This document shows, one piece after another, positions 50,501 through 63,695 of a stretch of DNA of 64,000 nt. The notes beneath the pieces were generated by a model that searched no databases, was not told the DNA's origin, and worked only from the letters and a program-made list of their open reading frames with translations. A program made the translations under genes and the position numbers. Position 1 is the first letter of the stretch, and each line of letters begins with the position of its first letter. The stretch lies in contig NC_087246.1 in NCBI RefSeq assembly GCF_037042905.1, forward strand, positions 7,504,001-7,568,000. The letters are read 5' to 3'. Source of the stretch: Lytechinus pictus. Taxonomy: Eukaryota.

Positions 50501-51607
50501 TCCTACCAACTTCCCCGTCATCTAAATGAGATTTGGCGGCAACAAAGAGCTTTTTAGCTTTATTTACTAGCCTCTTTATTTGTGGGGTTATCCAAGGGCA
50601 GAATTGTTTCTTATTTTTTACTTTGTGTGGTATACAATCATTTACAGCCGCCTGATACAAATCCAAAAACCCTTCCCAGCTTTCATTTACATCATTGTCA
50701 TTGATGAACAGGTCCCAGGGAGCAAGCCTAAGGAGGTTGTTAAGATGTTCATAGTCCCCTTTTTTATAACACAAGAACTTCCGTATGCTAGATTTGGGTA
50801 ATTGAGGTGTAAGAGTATGGAGTGTTATCAACACTGCATGGTGGTCACTAATTACACAATTAGAAGTAACATTGACACTTTCACAAAGTTCAGGGCGATT
50901 CATAAAAACAAGATCAATAATTGACCCTTTACTTGGGTCATCAGGTTGTGGCCTAGTTACATCAGTAACACACTGTGTCATATTCATTGTTTCAAATATT
51001 TGGAGAAGTCTATACCTGTTTCGACAGTTATCATCTTTCCAATTTATATTAAAGTCTCCGACAAAGACTATGCCTTGGTATTTCCTACTCAGGGCTTGCA
51101 TTCTATCAACTACTGGTTCTAGCTTATCGAAAAACTCAGCCTTTGAATTGGGAGGTCTATAGACTGAGCAAACAATCCATTTCATCTTCTTCTTTAGAGT
51201 TATTTCACATATGACCATCTCGATATCAGGTGATTCAAGATCCAGTAGGCGTTGTGGTAGGAGATGTGATCGAACAGAAATAAGAACGCCTCCACATCTT
51301 GTGTTTGTTCTATCATTACGGAAAATACAATAATTATCAGCTAGCCCTAACTCACAAGAATTAAAGTCATCGTCTAACCAAGTTTCACAAATTGAAATTA
51401 CATCAACCGGATTAACCTTTAAGTAGGATTGCAAAGATACAGTTTTATTCTTAATACTTCTAGCATTGAAAGAGTAAAGTTGAATATTCTCCTTTTCTTT
51501 TTCTCCATGAGGGAGAGATTGATTAAATTGATCATGAGGTTGGGCTTGGCGAGGAGATTCTCAATGGATCGAAGAAGTTTTCGACGTGCCAGGCGAAGTA
51601 TTATTAA

Positions 51608-52210
51608 AGGTCAAGTCCACCTGAGAAAAATGTTGATTAGAATGAATAGAGAAAAATCAGACAAGCATAATGCTGAAAATTTCATCAAAATCGGATGTAA
51701 AATAAGAAAGTTATGACATTTCAAACTTGTGCTTATTTTTAACAAAATAATTATATGAACGAGTCAGTTACATCCAGATGAGAGAGTCGATGATGTCACT
51801 CACTCACTATTTCTTTTGTTTTTTATTGTTTGAATTATACAATATTTCAATTTTTACGAATTTGATGATTAGGACCTCCTTGCCTGAAGAACAAAATGTT
51901 AAAATAATGGAATTCCACGTGTTCAGGGAGGAATGAAACTTCATTTCACATGGCAATGATGAGAAAATCAAAATATTTCATATTTCATATAATAAAATAC
52001 AAAAGAAATAGTGAGTGAGTGACGTCATCGACTCTCTCATCTGGGTGTAACTGGCTCGTTCATATAACTATTTTGTAAAAAATAAGCGAACCTTTAAAAT
52101 GTCATAACTTTCTTATTTTACATCCGATCTTGATGAAATTTTCAGTGTAATGCTTGTTGATTTTTTCTCTTTTTATTCAAATCAAGTTTTTGTTGGGGTG
52201 GACTTGTCCT
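51608..52210. mobile_element. Kolobok-like palindromic MITE inserted in the LINE ORF
   Basis: ttaa|aggtcaagtccacc...ggtggacttgtcct|ttaa. Confidence 0.85.
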
Positions 52211-52287
52211 TTAACGAGCTGAGATTCATCCAGAGAAGACATTCCAACCTGACTGAGCGCTGACTCGTGGGGTGAGGACAGTACTTC

Positions 52288-52759
52288 AGGGCACAAGAGA
52301 GTAATTCAACCGCGCGCAAAGCATGTCGGACAGGCGTAAGTAAAGATCACATGACTTTATTGATTAAAATAATTCATTAAAAATGGACAAAATGTTTGTA
52401 TATCAAAATATAAATGATAGAAACAATGTCATGTTCATGCTCTTTCATAATTAAGGCCTTTGGGGAGGCTAGACTACATTTTTGTATTTCATTTTAATTA
52501 TTATTACCCAGAATGCAGTTCGGGTTTTTCTGGCGATGAACTGGCCGAAATTATGGTTAGTCTTATTTCAGGCCACTTAACTTTTGATTGAGCCGGGCAA
52601 GTACCCGATTAACATATCAGGTCTTAATGTACAGTTAATTGTGACTAATGTCAGAGAATTAAAGCAAAATCTATCGAGGGATTGATTTTTGATGATTTTT
52701 TGATGAGCTATGATTTAACACGTGAGTCAATGGGGGTCTGTAATACTCATGTGTGCCCT
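52288..52759. mobile_element. 472-bp MITE (agggcaca...tgtgccct), copy 1, superfamily unassigned
   Basis: Near-identical inverted copy at 61579-62050; TC on both sides here. Confidence 0.85.
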
Positions 52760-53802
52760 TCATCGTGGATTGGTGGTATGTCGACATGAGAGGGCAGCCT
52801 ATGAGCAGGACGACGTCTCCCTCTATGGGTTCTGCGTCTCCTAGCGATGCCCAGGTCGTTGATGATAGTCCAGATCCGTCTCGTTGGTTGATTAACTGAT
52901 GAATGACTGTTCAGCTTTAATAATTCATTCACACTATATCTATAGCCATTTTCACTAGTTGCACATTTAGTCTTGCAGGTAGAGTAGGATGGGCGAGTGG
53001 CATTACTTTCAAGGACAATCGGTCCCGGGTTCGGGTCTATGTCTCCGGCTTGCAATAGTGTCGATCTGTAACTCGCTACCGAATTTGAGTAATAGATAAC
53101 TCTACGTCCTACATATTTTGCCTTCCCATGATTTCTAATGAGAGTAGGACAGTTCCATGGCTTTACAGAGTATTTGTGGTGAGGAGTGTAGTAAATCCAT
53201 ACACAAAAGACCAGGAAGATAACACACTTACCCTCCATTGTGAAGTTTGGTGCTAATCTCATTGAAGAAAGGATATAATCCTTGATATAGTTAAGCCCTG
53301 TGATACATGGTCAAGTACATCTGTTACGTGTATGAAATGGTAGTCACCGACAAGTAACACATGAAGATTGAAAGAAAAACTGCAGAATTCACTCACGGAA
53401 ATCACAATTATACCTCCAAATTAGTCCTGGTAAGTCAGTGGGTTACACTCCACCATATAACAGAACATATAATTCCGCCAGTACAGTTATAACGATAAAA
53501 TAAAGTGAAAAGTCAGAGAGAGATTGGAATGGTCACCCGCATGTGCACACACTCCTTGTTGTAACATGACTAATGTTTAACGAGATACAGTACATAATCC
53601 TGGGGGCCGTTTCATAAAGCCGCTAGTAAGTTAAGAGCGACTTTAAGCTCGAGTCGCTTTTAAGACATACGTCAACGCATGTCACTCGCGCGGCCGTAAA
53701 CGGTTGCGTCGTACTTTGCAAAGTGAGTTGTACGTTTCATCGTACTTTGATAACAGAGTTGTGCTTGCTTACTGCTACAACGTACGATGATAATAGATTA
53801 GA

Positions 53803-54040
53803 AATAATAATTATAATAACGCAGTTCTTGTATAGCGCATATCACATTATCTGGTCATAATGTCCCCATGCGCTTCCAAAGGACTTGGATATTCAAGGAA
53901 TAAATTCCGGCCAGACACCCATTCATCTCACCTGAGTTGAGTGCAGCAGAACGTGGATGAATTACTTGCTGATAGAAATTACGCCATGGCTGAGATTTGA
54001 GCCCACGACCTTCTGTTTCAAACCCGGAGTTTTAAAGTCA
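53803..54040 (-). mobile_element. tRNA-derived SINE, 5' end interrupted
   Basis: Homologous to 13165-13437 (cccattca.ctcacctg...gagtgcagc...ccatggct...cccacgaccttctg). Confidence 0.6.
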
Positions 54041-54422
54041 GAAGCAGAGGCGTCGATCCTGGGGGAGGGGGGGGGGCAGGGGGGCGATCGCCCCACCAAT
54101 GAAAATATTTGGGGGGGCAAACATATCATTTTGTCCCCCCCCCCAATAATTCCGGGTATGCATTAAAAAAACCAAGATTGTCATGTTCAGCAAGCGAGAT
54201 TGAGATACACAACTCGTTCTTTATTTAAAATCGTGCTCAAAATGTCCGCTTTTCAGATTGGAATATAAACATTTTCAGCTCGCGCTTCGCGCTCCCATCA
54301 TTTCTCTAGCAAAAACCAATACTTTTCATGATTAAATAGGTGAATGTAGATATCCCGTTTTCAGTTCTAAGCCTCAAAAGAACTCCTGCTTCGATTTGCA
54401 ATCATCTATTCTTGGTTATATA

Positions 54423-55410
54423 CAGTGCGTATCAAAAAAAAGGTTTACACTTTGAAAAAGCCCTGGGAATTAAAAAATATACAACATGTGGGTAATTTTA
54501 TCACATATAATATTGGGTTTGTGTCTCATCTATCAAATGATAGTAATTTTTTTGACAGAATGTTACACTTGAGTGAGCACTGTCCATTTTTGTAAAGCTC
54601 GCAGAAATCTGTTTGCGCAGAAATGCTTGTTTTCACGCTGTGTCAAGGGGAACGGGCGAAATCAAACTTACCCTGCTAAACATTTTTCATACATTTCCCT
54701 TGTAATTTTAGTCAATTTAGATAAAACGGATATATTCAAGGATTTTGTAACAATTTTGCCACCCAAGTTGAAATTTCAACACTAAGTAAGCACAAACCTA
54801 ACCCTTTTTGTGCCAACTGGATTTAAGGACATAGCTGAATCTGAACAAAAGTTTACATCAGATATCTCCAGCATTTTTTCACTAAGCTTTTATCATTTAA
54901 AGTGGGTTTACATTTCATTTTTCATTTAATACTTGTTTCTCCACACTTTTCCCAAGCTTGACAATGATTAAACAGATGAAAATCAAGGCTAAGCCATTTC
55001 ATGTAAATCACAGCTCAGTGTAAAGCAAATATCTTCTTAATGGCCTTGGTTTGTGAGGAAGTGGGGTGGGGCGCAATGCACTCTATGAAGTGTTTTTGGC
55101 AAGGAAACAAGTTAAAAAAGGTGAAAGATATCTTCAAATAAATTTTACTAGCTAAATTCAACGTGTTCTTCATGATTAAAGTCTCCTTTTATTCGCATAA
55201 CTATTTCAAAGTTCTGCGCAAATCATTTTTCACTAACTTTTCAAAAGTAAGTGGTGCTCACTCAAGCGGAAATATTTTTAGACAGTTATATCGTAATTTT
55301 CGTAAATGGATCTTTACCAATGTTAAAATGTGGGAAAATCTTCAGGATAGTACAAATGTATAATTTTATATGATTTTTTCAAAGTGTAAATTTTTTTTTG
55401 ATACGCACCG
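54423..55410. mobile_element. Tc1/mariner-like non-autonomous element, copy 2
   Basis: TA|cagtgcgtatcaaaaaa...ttttttgatacgcaccg|TA. Confidence 0.82.
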
Positions 55411-55779
55411 TATATTGTTCTTTATCAAAACTTCCATTAAACTGTCATTTTCAGATCGAAATATCAACATTTTCAGATCGCGCTTCGCGCTCGCATCTAT
55501 TCTTCTTTTAGATACAAATCGTAATCATTGGTACCAAAAATGCTTAGAAAATCAAGTTTTCAGGTCAGAATATAAAGAAATTTCAGCTCACTCTCGGCAC
55601 TCGTACTATCTGTGTAGTGAGATATGTATCCTCCTCATGAGTTACTACAAACAGTCCTAAACAGGCACGTTTTTCCTGTCAGTATACTAAAAAAATCAGA
55701 TCGCGCTTCGCGCTCGCATTAATTTGTGGGTGAGATACGTGTCTGTGTCTCATGAGTCATATATATTATATATACACAC

Positions 55780-55852
55780 GGGTCGTGTGGTCCAGTGGTT
55801 CGAGCATTGGACTCATAATCGCAAGGTTGTGAGTTTGAATCCCAACTCTACC
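55780..55852 (+). mobile_element. tRNA-like (SINE-head) sequence between TA-rich tracts
   Basis: tggtccagtgg A box, gagtttgaatc B-box-like motif; stems poorly paired. Confidence 0.5.
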
Positions 55853-56119
55853 ATTGTCTCCACTTTGATAAAAAGGCCCGAGAGTGATATCTGTCGTCTA
55901 TAAGGTCAGTCACTATGACTGATTAACCTAGACGTAAATTTGTTTCATAGGTAATTGGTTATATACCAGCTTGGCGTTTACCAACAAAATGCTGTGCCGA
56001 GTTCCTTGGGCGAAAATTCGTTAAAATTTTACTGTCCACGGAGTTTTTATACCTTTCTTTGTTTACCTATTTATAATCTCCGAGCAGATCATTTGACTAT
56101 ATATATATATATATATTAA

Positions 56120-56597
56120 TGTGACAAAGTGGTAATGCATCGTACTTAGTTCCAACTGAGTTTATTTTGAACTCCCAATGTGTTATAATAGGAAATCCAA
56201 ATAAATTCCCAGTTGGTTGGCGAAGATTCCGTAAAGTAAAGTTCACAATGATGGCGATGATGAAACTGATGTTGAAGCACAATGAATAAGATAAGTCACT
56301 TTAACGAGTTGAAATGTCCGTGAAGACGATGTTGATGATGAATAACAGTCAATTTCAGCAATCCATGTGATGAAAAGTGTTCATTAAAACAGGTCGATGA
56401 TTTCGATGAAAACTGAGAATTCCTCTCTTAAAATAACTGCAAACCGTTCATGGATGGCGTGCAAATAATTCCACAGAAGATAAGTATTCCAGATGGAAAT
56501 AAACTCGGCTCTCACATAAAGTCTGACGTGAAATTCTGAGTTCTGATCTGATATGATGATGTGATCTTCTAAGTGCCACCTTATATATATATATATG

Positions 56598-56674
<77 letters not shown>

Positions 56675-56807
56675 TTCAACTATTCTAGAAACTTCTAGCA
56701 TTCACTATTCTAGAAGTTTCTAGTATTGTCTGCAAAAAGAACATTCCGCCTATTTCTAGAGCAGTCTACATTTAAAACACTCTTGAATGACCTCATAGAA
56801 ATCAACA
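56120..56807 (-). mobile_element. Probable solo LTR
   Basis: Minus strand TGTTGA...GTCACA, with HSE cluster, then TATA expanded to (TA)n, then AATAAA (56161-56166) about 40 bp from the end. No matching TSD found. Confidence 0.45.
56683..56746. promoter_or_regulatory. Heat-shock element cluster
   Basis: TTCtaGAAacTTC (56683-56695), TTCtaGAAgtTTC (56708-56720) and GAAcaTTC (56739-56746) match inverted nGAAn arrays. Confidence 0.55.
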
Positions 56808-57659
56808 ATGTGAACAAAATGGCTAAGCCTATTGTTCATTTCCACTACCAATACAAGTCTATTATAAAACAATCTCTATTAAAAAATAACAAAGAGTACT
56901 CAAATATTAGTGTCCAACAAAGCTGTACTGGAACAATCTTGATCATTCTATGCTATAAATAGCCTTTAAGATGAAATAGTTAAATAAATGAATGTAATTG
57001 CTTTTACAATTCTTCTTATATGTAGCATAATGTTAAACAAAGCCTAATGCTATTGCGAATATGAAAATTAAATTTGAGTCATAATCCCAGAAGCTGAACT
57101 ATGATACTTTTTAAGAACAAAAAAAATCTATACCTTCAATTTCTCCCCCTCCTTTTTTCAGAGTTATATTATTAATATAATCAAATATTGGAGATTTCAT
57201 TATTTGTTTTGCTTCATCTACTATAGGTGTATTTTAGGACTCTGATGTTAAACATGTTGAAATAAAAAACAATGATATTCGGTAGAGTAGTATTCATTAA
57301 ATACTTAATGTTTTTGAGAAGTATTGTTTTATCTCATTTGTTTTGATTTTTTTTTTTTTGGGGGGGGGTTAGTGTTTGTTTCTTGCTCTCACCATTCTCT
57401 CTCTTTCTCTCATTCTTGCAAAAGGCGTCCGTTATTTTGGACATGAACTTATTGGTATATATGTGTTTGTAATCCATGGAATTGTAACCTTATTTGTTTT
57501 TGATTCGTTTTGTCTTTTGTTTTTGTTTTTGCATTAGGAAAAAAATGGCAACCGAAAAATAATTTCATGAAAACAATTCAGTTTTCAATTTTCGAATCTG
57601 AAGAGAAAACTAATGCACATTGTAAAGTCTTTTCGTAGACTTACACACATTGGACCCCT

Positions 57660-57940
57660 TGTCAGTTAGATCAAGTGGGTATTAGACCAACCGTTAATCT
57701 GACCACGTGGATGCTGGACCAAGGGATATTCGACCAAATGTCTACTAGATAAAGTGGCTTTTGGCCCAAATAGCTATGGATGATAATGGGTATTGGACTA
57801 ACTGGTATTTCGGGAAAAAATGTTTATTAAACGAAGTGGCATTTAGATGAAGTAGCTCTCAGACGAAATGGATATTGGACGAGATGGCCATTAGACAAAG
57901 TGGCCTTTAAACAAAATGGCTCTTAGACGAAGTGGCTCTT
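57660..57940. repeat. Degenerate tandem repeat, unit about 18 bp (tattagacNaagtgg), resuming at about 61242-61410
   Basis: The array is split by an insertion of about 3.3 kb (catgggtaaatccag at 57942 ... ctggatccacctatg at 61241). Confidence 0.6.
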
Positions 57941-58571
57941 CCATGGGTAAATCCAGCTCCCGCCAATAGGGGGGGGGGCGAAATTTGTTTTCACCCATGT
58001 TTTCCCCGATTGGACGCTCAAAGTTGATTTTGTTTGTTTCTTTGAAGGGGTTGTCCGAGTGGCGTAATGAGCCAAAAAATTTGAGGGGGCTTAATACGGC
58101 GTATCGCGTAAAATCAGTAAGAAGTTGCGAGCGAGCGAAGTGAACGAACAAAAATTTCGAATTTTTTATTACAAAAATAAGTGTTTTTTATGGATTTTGA
58201 CAAAGCATTTTTGGAAAATAATAGGCATATATTTTACCCTTATCCCTTTCCTTTTCTCTTGTTTTTTTCTTGGTCGTGAAAAAATAGGGGCGGGGAGGGG
58301 CAAAAGGTCGGCCTAATAGTCATGTCTTAGCTTTATTCTTATAAAACAACTTAAAAAGCTAGGTGTAATAATCTCATAAGCTTTATTTAAACTCGAATCC
58401 TATGGGACACTAACTGCGCGTGCTTTCCGCCCGTGTCTACCACTCTATGGAAATAACATTGGAAAATTTCATGTTTTGTTAACAATTTTGTCATTCCTGA
58501 AAAACGTTCCCACTTTTATCCGTAGTTCCAATTATATAATGCTGATAATATCATATTATTTCTATTAAATA

Positions 58572-59066
58572 AGGGGAAGTTCACCCTGACAAAAAGTTTA
58601 TTGTAAAAATAGCAGAAAAAATAATAAAAAAATATTGCCGAAGGTTTGAGAAAAATTCATCAAATAATTAAAAAGTTATTAGAATATCAATTATTTGATT
58701 TGTGACGTCATATGCGAGCAGCATTCCTACATAGCGAATGGTAAAAAATCAAAGAAATTTAATTTTCTCAGAAAATTGAAAACGGTTTTCACTGGACCTT
58801 TTGTATATCAATAGACAAATCATTTCACACCCGATCATGAATAGAAAACAAAATTAAGTCATCAGGAACCATACAAAATTTGAAATTCATGCATTTTATA
58901 TTACATAACACATGGGGCAGCTGCTCGTTTATGACGTCACAAATCCAAAACTTTGAACTCTAATAACTTTCTTACTCTTTAACGGATTTTCCTCAAACCT
59001 TCACCAATATTTTTACTATTTTTCTGCTATTTTACAACTAAGTTTTCCATAGGGTGAACTTCCCCT
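58572..59066. mobile_element. Kolobok-like palindromic MITE
   Basis: aggggaagttcaccct...agggtgaacttcccct|ttaa. Confidence 0.8.
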
Positions 59067-61578
59067 TTAAATAATTGAAATTTTTGCAAAGATGTTAATT
59101 ACATTCGCGTTTTGGGGTAAAAAGCATCCCTTTCATATCAAAAATAGGATGAAACTTCGCTTGATGGTATCTTACAGCTTAGTTCCCATAAGTCATTGTG
59201 CAGTTTTCTCTAAGCTTTACGATGATGTAAGAATGATGTTCATTGGTCAAACTTCGCGTTCGCGTTTTAGCTTTAAATAAACATGTGTCAGGCCACAAGC
59301 AAATGGCAAAAGTTGTCATATTCGGGCCGGGCGCGCTTGTGCGACTGTGCGTGCGCCGCTAAGCATTGGCGCGCGCAAGGGGTCCAAAAGGCGTAAAAGG
59401 ACTTGATATGAGTGCGAGCGCGAAATTTTAAGGAATTTTATTCTGAAAGTTGAATATTCTGGGCAATAATTATGAACCTGAACAAGATGCGTATATGTAA
59501 CTAGATAATTTTTAATATGGGTTCTTGCTTGATCGAAAAAGGACATGTTAAGGACGTTTTGCAGTGAGCCATTAAGACGATACATATTTCAATTATTAAA
59601 TAATGCGCGCACGAAGCGCGAGCTGATTTTTTAGGACATTCCGACCTAAAAAATTGACATTCTAAGCAGTTTTTGTAATCATTAACGGTATACATGTAGG
59701 TTCAAAACCAAACAACTGATGCGAGCACGGAAAAATGAGATTTCAGACCTAAAAATTGGACACTCTAGCCAGGTTTTGAAACTCATGAAAAAGGATCGGT
59801 AATTTATTTATTTAAAAATATTTATACAGGATAAGCATGTTCAGATAATACATACACTGTTTTTCAACATGGTCCTGTTGACATAGTAAACATTTAACAA
59901 TGTACATCAAAAAATGCATAAAACAATTTAAATTCAGAAATAGTAAAAAAATAAAAAAATTAGTGACATAGCATTAAACAATTCAAATTCAGACAAAGTA
60001 AAAAAAATACTGACATAGGTATTAACGAACATAGATAAATAAAAAAACTAAAGATACATGTGCACTAGGTGATGAATGCTAAATTGAAGGTATAAAACAT
60101 AAATTTGGTACCTTCCTACATTCATTATGCGACCGCAAAGCGCGAGCAGAATTTTTTTAGATATTCTGATATGAAGCTGAATAATTTCTGCACGTTTTGA
60201 AGAAAGATGAAGCTACGTATCTTAAAAAACAATTGAGCGCGTGTTTTAGAGTTAGACAGAATCTGGGCCTTCTGAATACATTTCATTTTTTATCACGAAA
60301 ATCAATAATGCAAGCGCGAAGCGCGAGCGGAAAATATTTGATATTCCGGTATGAAAAGGGTGAATTTATGTACTATCTAAAGCTATGTATAGGGAAATTG
60401 TGAAGTGATAGTGGATAGCCCTTAAAGTGCGAGCTGATATTTCCATTATTATTTTGACCTATAGGACCTGGATAGTCTAGGCCTAAGAACATTTTGCCAT
60501 TATATGAAAATGATGAATATCTTCCTATTCCTCTTCCTGTAAGCGCGATATCAGTGAAACTTGTCGATATTCCTTTCTGACAAAGGGACGATTAAGTAAG
60601 TAGGAATTCATGAAAATTTTATCATCATATTTATTAATGTAAAAAGCCTATTGAGCGAGTAAAATGTGTCGACATTGAGACCTGAAAACTGGACATTTTA
60701 AGCACTTTTATAATCATGAATAAAATTTATGAGTTGATATATTTTTAACAATAATGCGAGCGCAAATTGCGAGACAAAATATTTGATAAACTGTCATATA
60801 AAAAGGGGGATTTAAGTAGTTCGTTACAGAATTTGGCAAATCAAATAATGCAAGAGCACAGCGCAAAAAGCTGCAATTTGTATTCACACCATAAAACGGA
60901 CATTAGACAGAGCACTTTAAGAAATCATTGTGTAAATCAAACAGCTCGATGTCCGAGCTGATATTTTAAGCTACATAATCAGCCTATTGAGCAAGATAAG
61001 TAGCTCATCGAACAGGCTATACGAGCGCGAAGCGTGAGCGAAAATTTAATATAGTGACATGAAGTATATTTTTTAATCATTTTGAAAGCCTTACCCTGAC
61101 CTTATTTTATTCACTCGTCTCCCTCCTCTTATTTTTTCCTCGTCTTTTCCTCCTTTCTTTCCCTTTTTTCTCTTCCCCCCTTTTTCCTTTTTTTTCCTCC
61201 GGCAAAAGGGGTGCCCGGGATCCCATCTGGATCCACCTATGTCTTAGAATACCTGGATATTGGACGACATGGCTATTGAAAAAAATGATATTAAACTAAA
61301 CACCACTAGACGACATGGTCTTTGGACTTAGTGGGTATTAGACCATTTAGATTTCAGACCAACTCGACATTAGACAAAGTTCATGTTTTTAGAAAAAAAG
61401 ACCAAACCTAATGGCCTCTCGTGCAATTACAGGGTATTTTGTATATATTTAATGAAATGAATGAGTATAGACAACTGAGCGAATAATTCCACAAGTAATC
61501 AACAAAGTGTGCCACCAATGCCCTGCACATTTTGTTTAAATTACCAAGATGTGCAGTTACCAAATTGTGTCATCGTAC

Positions 61579-62050
61579 AGGGCACACATGTGTATTACAG
61601 ACCCCCATTGACTCACGTGTTAAATCATAGCTCATCAAAAAATCATCAAAAATCAATCCCTCGATAGATTTTGCTTTAATTCTCTGACATTAGTCACAAT
61701 TAACTGCACATTAAGACCTGATATGTTAATCGGGTACTTGCCCGGCTCAATCAAAAGTTAAGTGGCCTGAAATAAGACTAACCATAATTTCGGCCAGTTC
61801 ATCGCAAGAAAAACCCGAACTGCATTGTGGGTAATAATAATTAAAATGAAATACAAAAATGCAGTCTAGCCTCCCCAAAGACCTTAATTATGAAAGGGTA
61901 TGAACATGACATTGTTTCTATCATTTATATTTTGATATACAAACATTTTGTCCATTTTTAATGAATTATTTTAATCAGTAAAGTCATGTGATCTTTACTT
62001 ACACCTGTCCGACATGCTTTGCGCTCGGTTGAATTACTCTCATGTGCCCT
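61579..62050. mobile_element. 472-bp MITE, copy 2 (inverted relative to 52288-52759)
   Basis: Same length, only scattered substitutions. Confidence 0.85.
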
Positions 62051-62139
62051 ATAGTGACGGCAAATTTTGGCAATTTACCAAAACGTGCCGCAACACCACG
62101 CGCGTCATCTGTACTGGGGGTGAAGTCTCCTACAGTTTT

Positions 62140-62700
62140 GACATAGAATCTCCAGCTTTCTGCAGACTCAGAAAAGGGGACTTATAAGAGAGGAGATGAA
62201 TCACCCTATACCGGGTGCACCGGGTAGTCGTCCTGCTCTATCGGATGTATTCTAGTCTACAGTCGACGTGTCAGGCAGCCGAACTCAATCCATGTGAGAT
62301 GCCCCAGAAAATTACTCCTCATTAAATGGCAGGACAAAGTGCCAGACACAGAAATTATGCAGAGAGGCCGATTGGGGGACGTTAATAAATATTATTCAGG
62401 CGCCCCAGCTCAGATGGACAGGACAAGTCCTCAGAAATGCCTGACGAGCATTTGAAAAAGATGACTGCTAAGAAGGAAAGCAAGCACTCTGATGGTCAGA
62501 AGAAGCGCTTTAAAGACACTAAGCTTCCTTTAAATGATCAAGCTGATGTGTCAAGATACGAGTCAAGACGTGTAGACGAGCAAGAACAAAATTAGCGGCG
62601 TCAGAAATGCAGAAGAGCATGCCCGACCTCTTTTATTTGCTTGTCGCACTGCACCGGACTTTTTTTCGGGCGAAGATTGTAGCCATGTCTGAACACACAA
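62140..62700 (+). mobile_element. Old RTE-clade LINE 3' remnant
   Basis: Fragmentary translations IKWQDKVPDTEIMQR, QLRWTGQVLR and GQKKRFKDT resemble RTE/BovB C-termini. Confidence 0.6.
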
Positions 62701-63695
62701 GAACTTTTAATACAAAAATATTGTTGTCTTCGCAAGTGAAGGACGATATCATTGTTGTGCTAATTTAGTAAACCTTTACATTCTCAACAGCTACGGCTTT
62801 CTTTTCATTTAGCATGTTTGGGATACAATTCAATTCAATTCAATTTATTTAACCAAAGCATTAAAATACAATAACATAATATACATACATAAAATACAAT
62901 ATTTACAATGGTACAATAAATAAAATGATGCTTGGCAGGAAGCAGCCAGAAAGGAAAATACCCTTATAACGGCCGACCTTACAATATATCATAAATGTTA
63001 TAAAAGTACCTAAGATAATATAATATAATAGAAATACAAAACAAAACAAGGGGGGGGGGCAAGAGCTAAATGAAACAAATTGAAGAAAATTAACTCACAG
63101 CACATGATAATTAGCAAGAATGATTTCTTTGGATCTCTTCTTAAATAAATTAAAAGATTGAACCTCCTTAAGTGGAGATGGTAGAGAATTCTAAAATGAT
63201 ACTGTATAAAGTATAACGTCAATGTAAACAGGTTTTTAAATTGAAGTTTGAATTGAATGCAGATTGACTTACATTTATTCTCCTTTGTATTTAATACATG
63301 AAATTAATCGAATCATAGCGTCAACTATTTTTACAATTACTAACTCATACCTGATTCCATGCCCAAAGAAGAGGCAGATCGGCTACGGGGATTACCATGT
63401 GGTTTGGCGCTTCCACCTAGATCAACGAAGCGATACAAATACATAATAACATAGTAATAGGGATATTTCAAGTTGAAAGGAAATATCCATATAAGAATGT
63501 TCATACTTCGTATTTACTATTATACTGTAGTAGTTATTAACCGATAAGCCCTTTTTACACATTCACGGATGGAACACGGATCATCAAATATTGTCAATCC
63601 GGGGTCATCAGTTACTCTTCGGGGTTACCGGGATTACCATGTTCATACCAGCTGCTCATCTGCCGCCATCCTTGATGTACCGCCATGTCCAGGAG

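Larger units (their letters stand above)
47750..53560 (-). mobile_element. Degraded single-ORF CR1/L2-group LINE with N-terminal 2A-like motif, APE and RT
   Basis: N-terminal piece 52747-53262 (LLQAGDIDPNPGP); APE 50331-51500 (NARSI, ICETW, GDFN, SDH); RT pieces 48645-50422 (NYRPV, QHGF, PQGS, FADY). (AAT)n tail at about 47750-47775; ends approximate. Confidence 0.85.
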
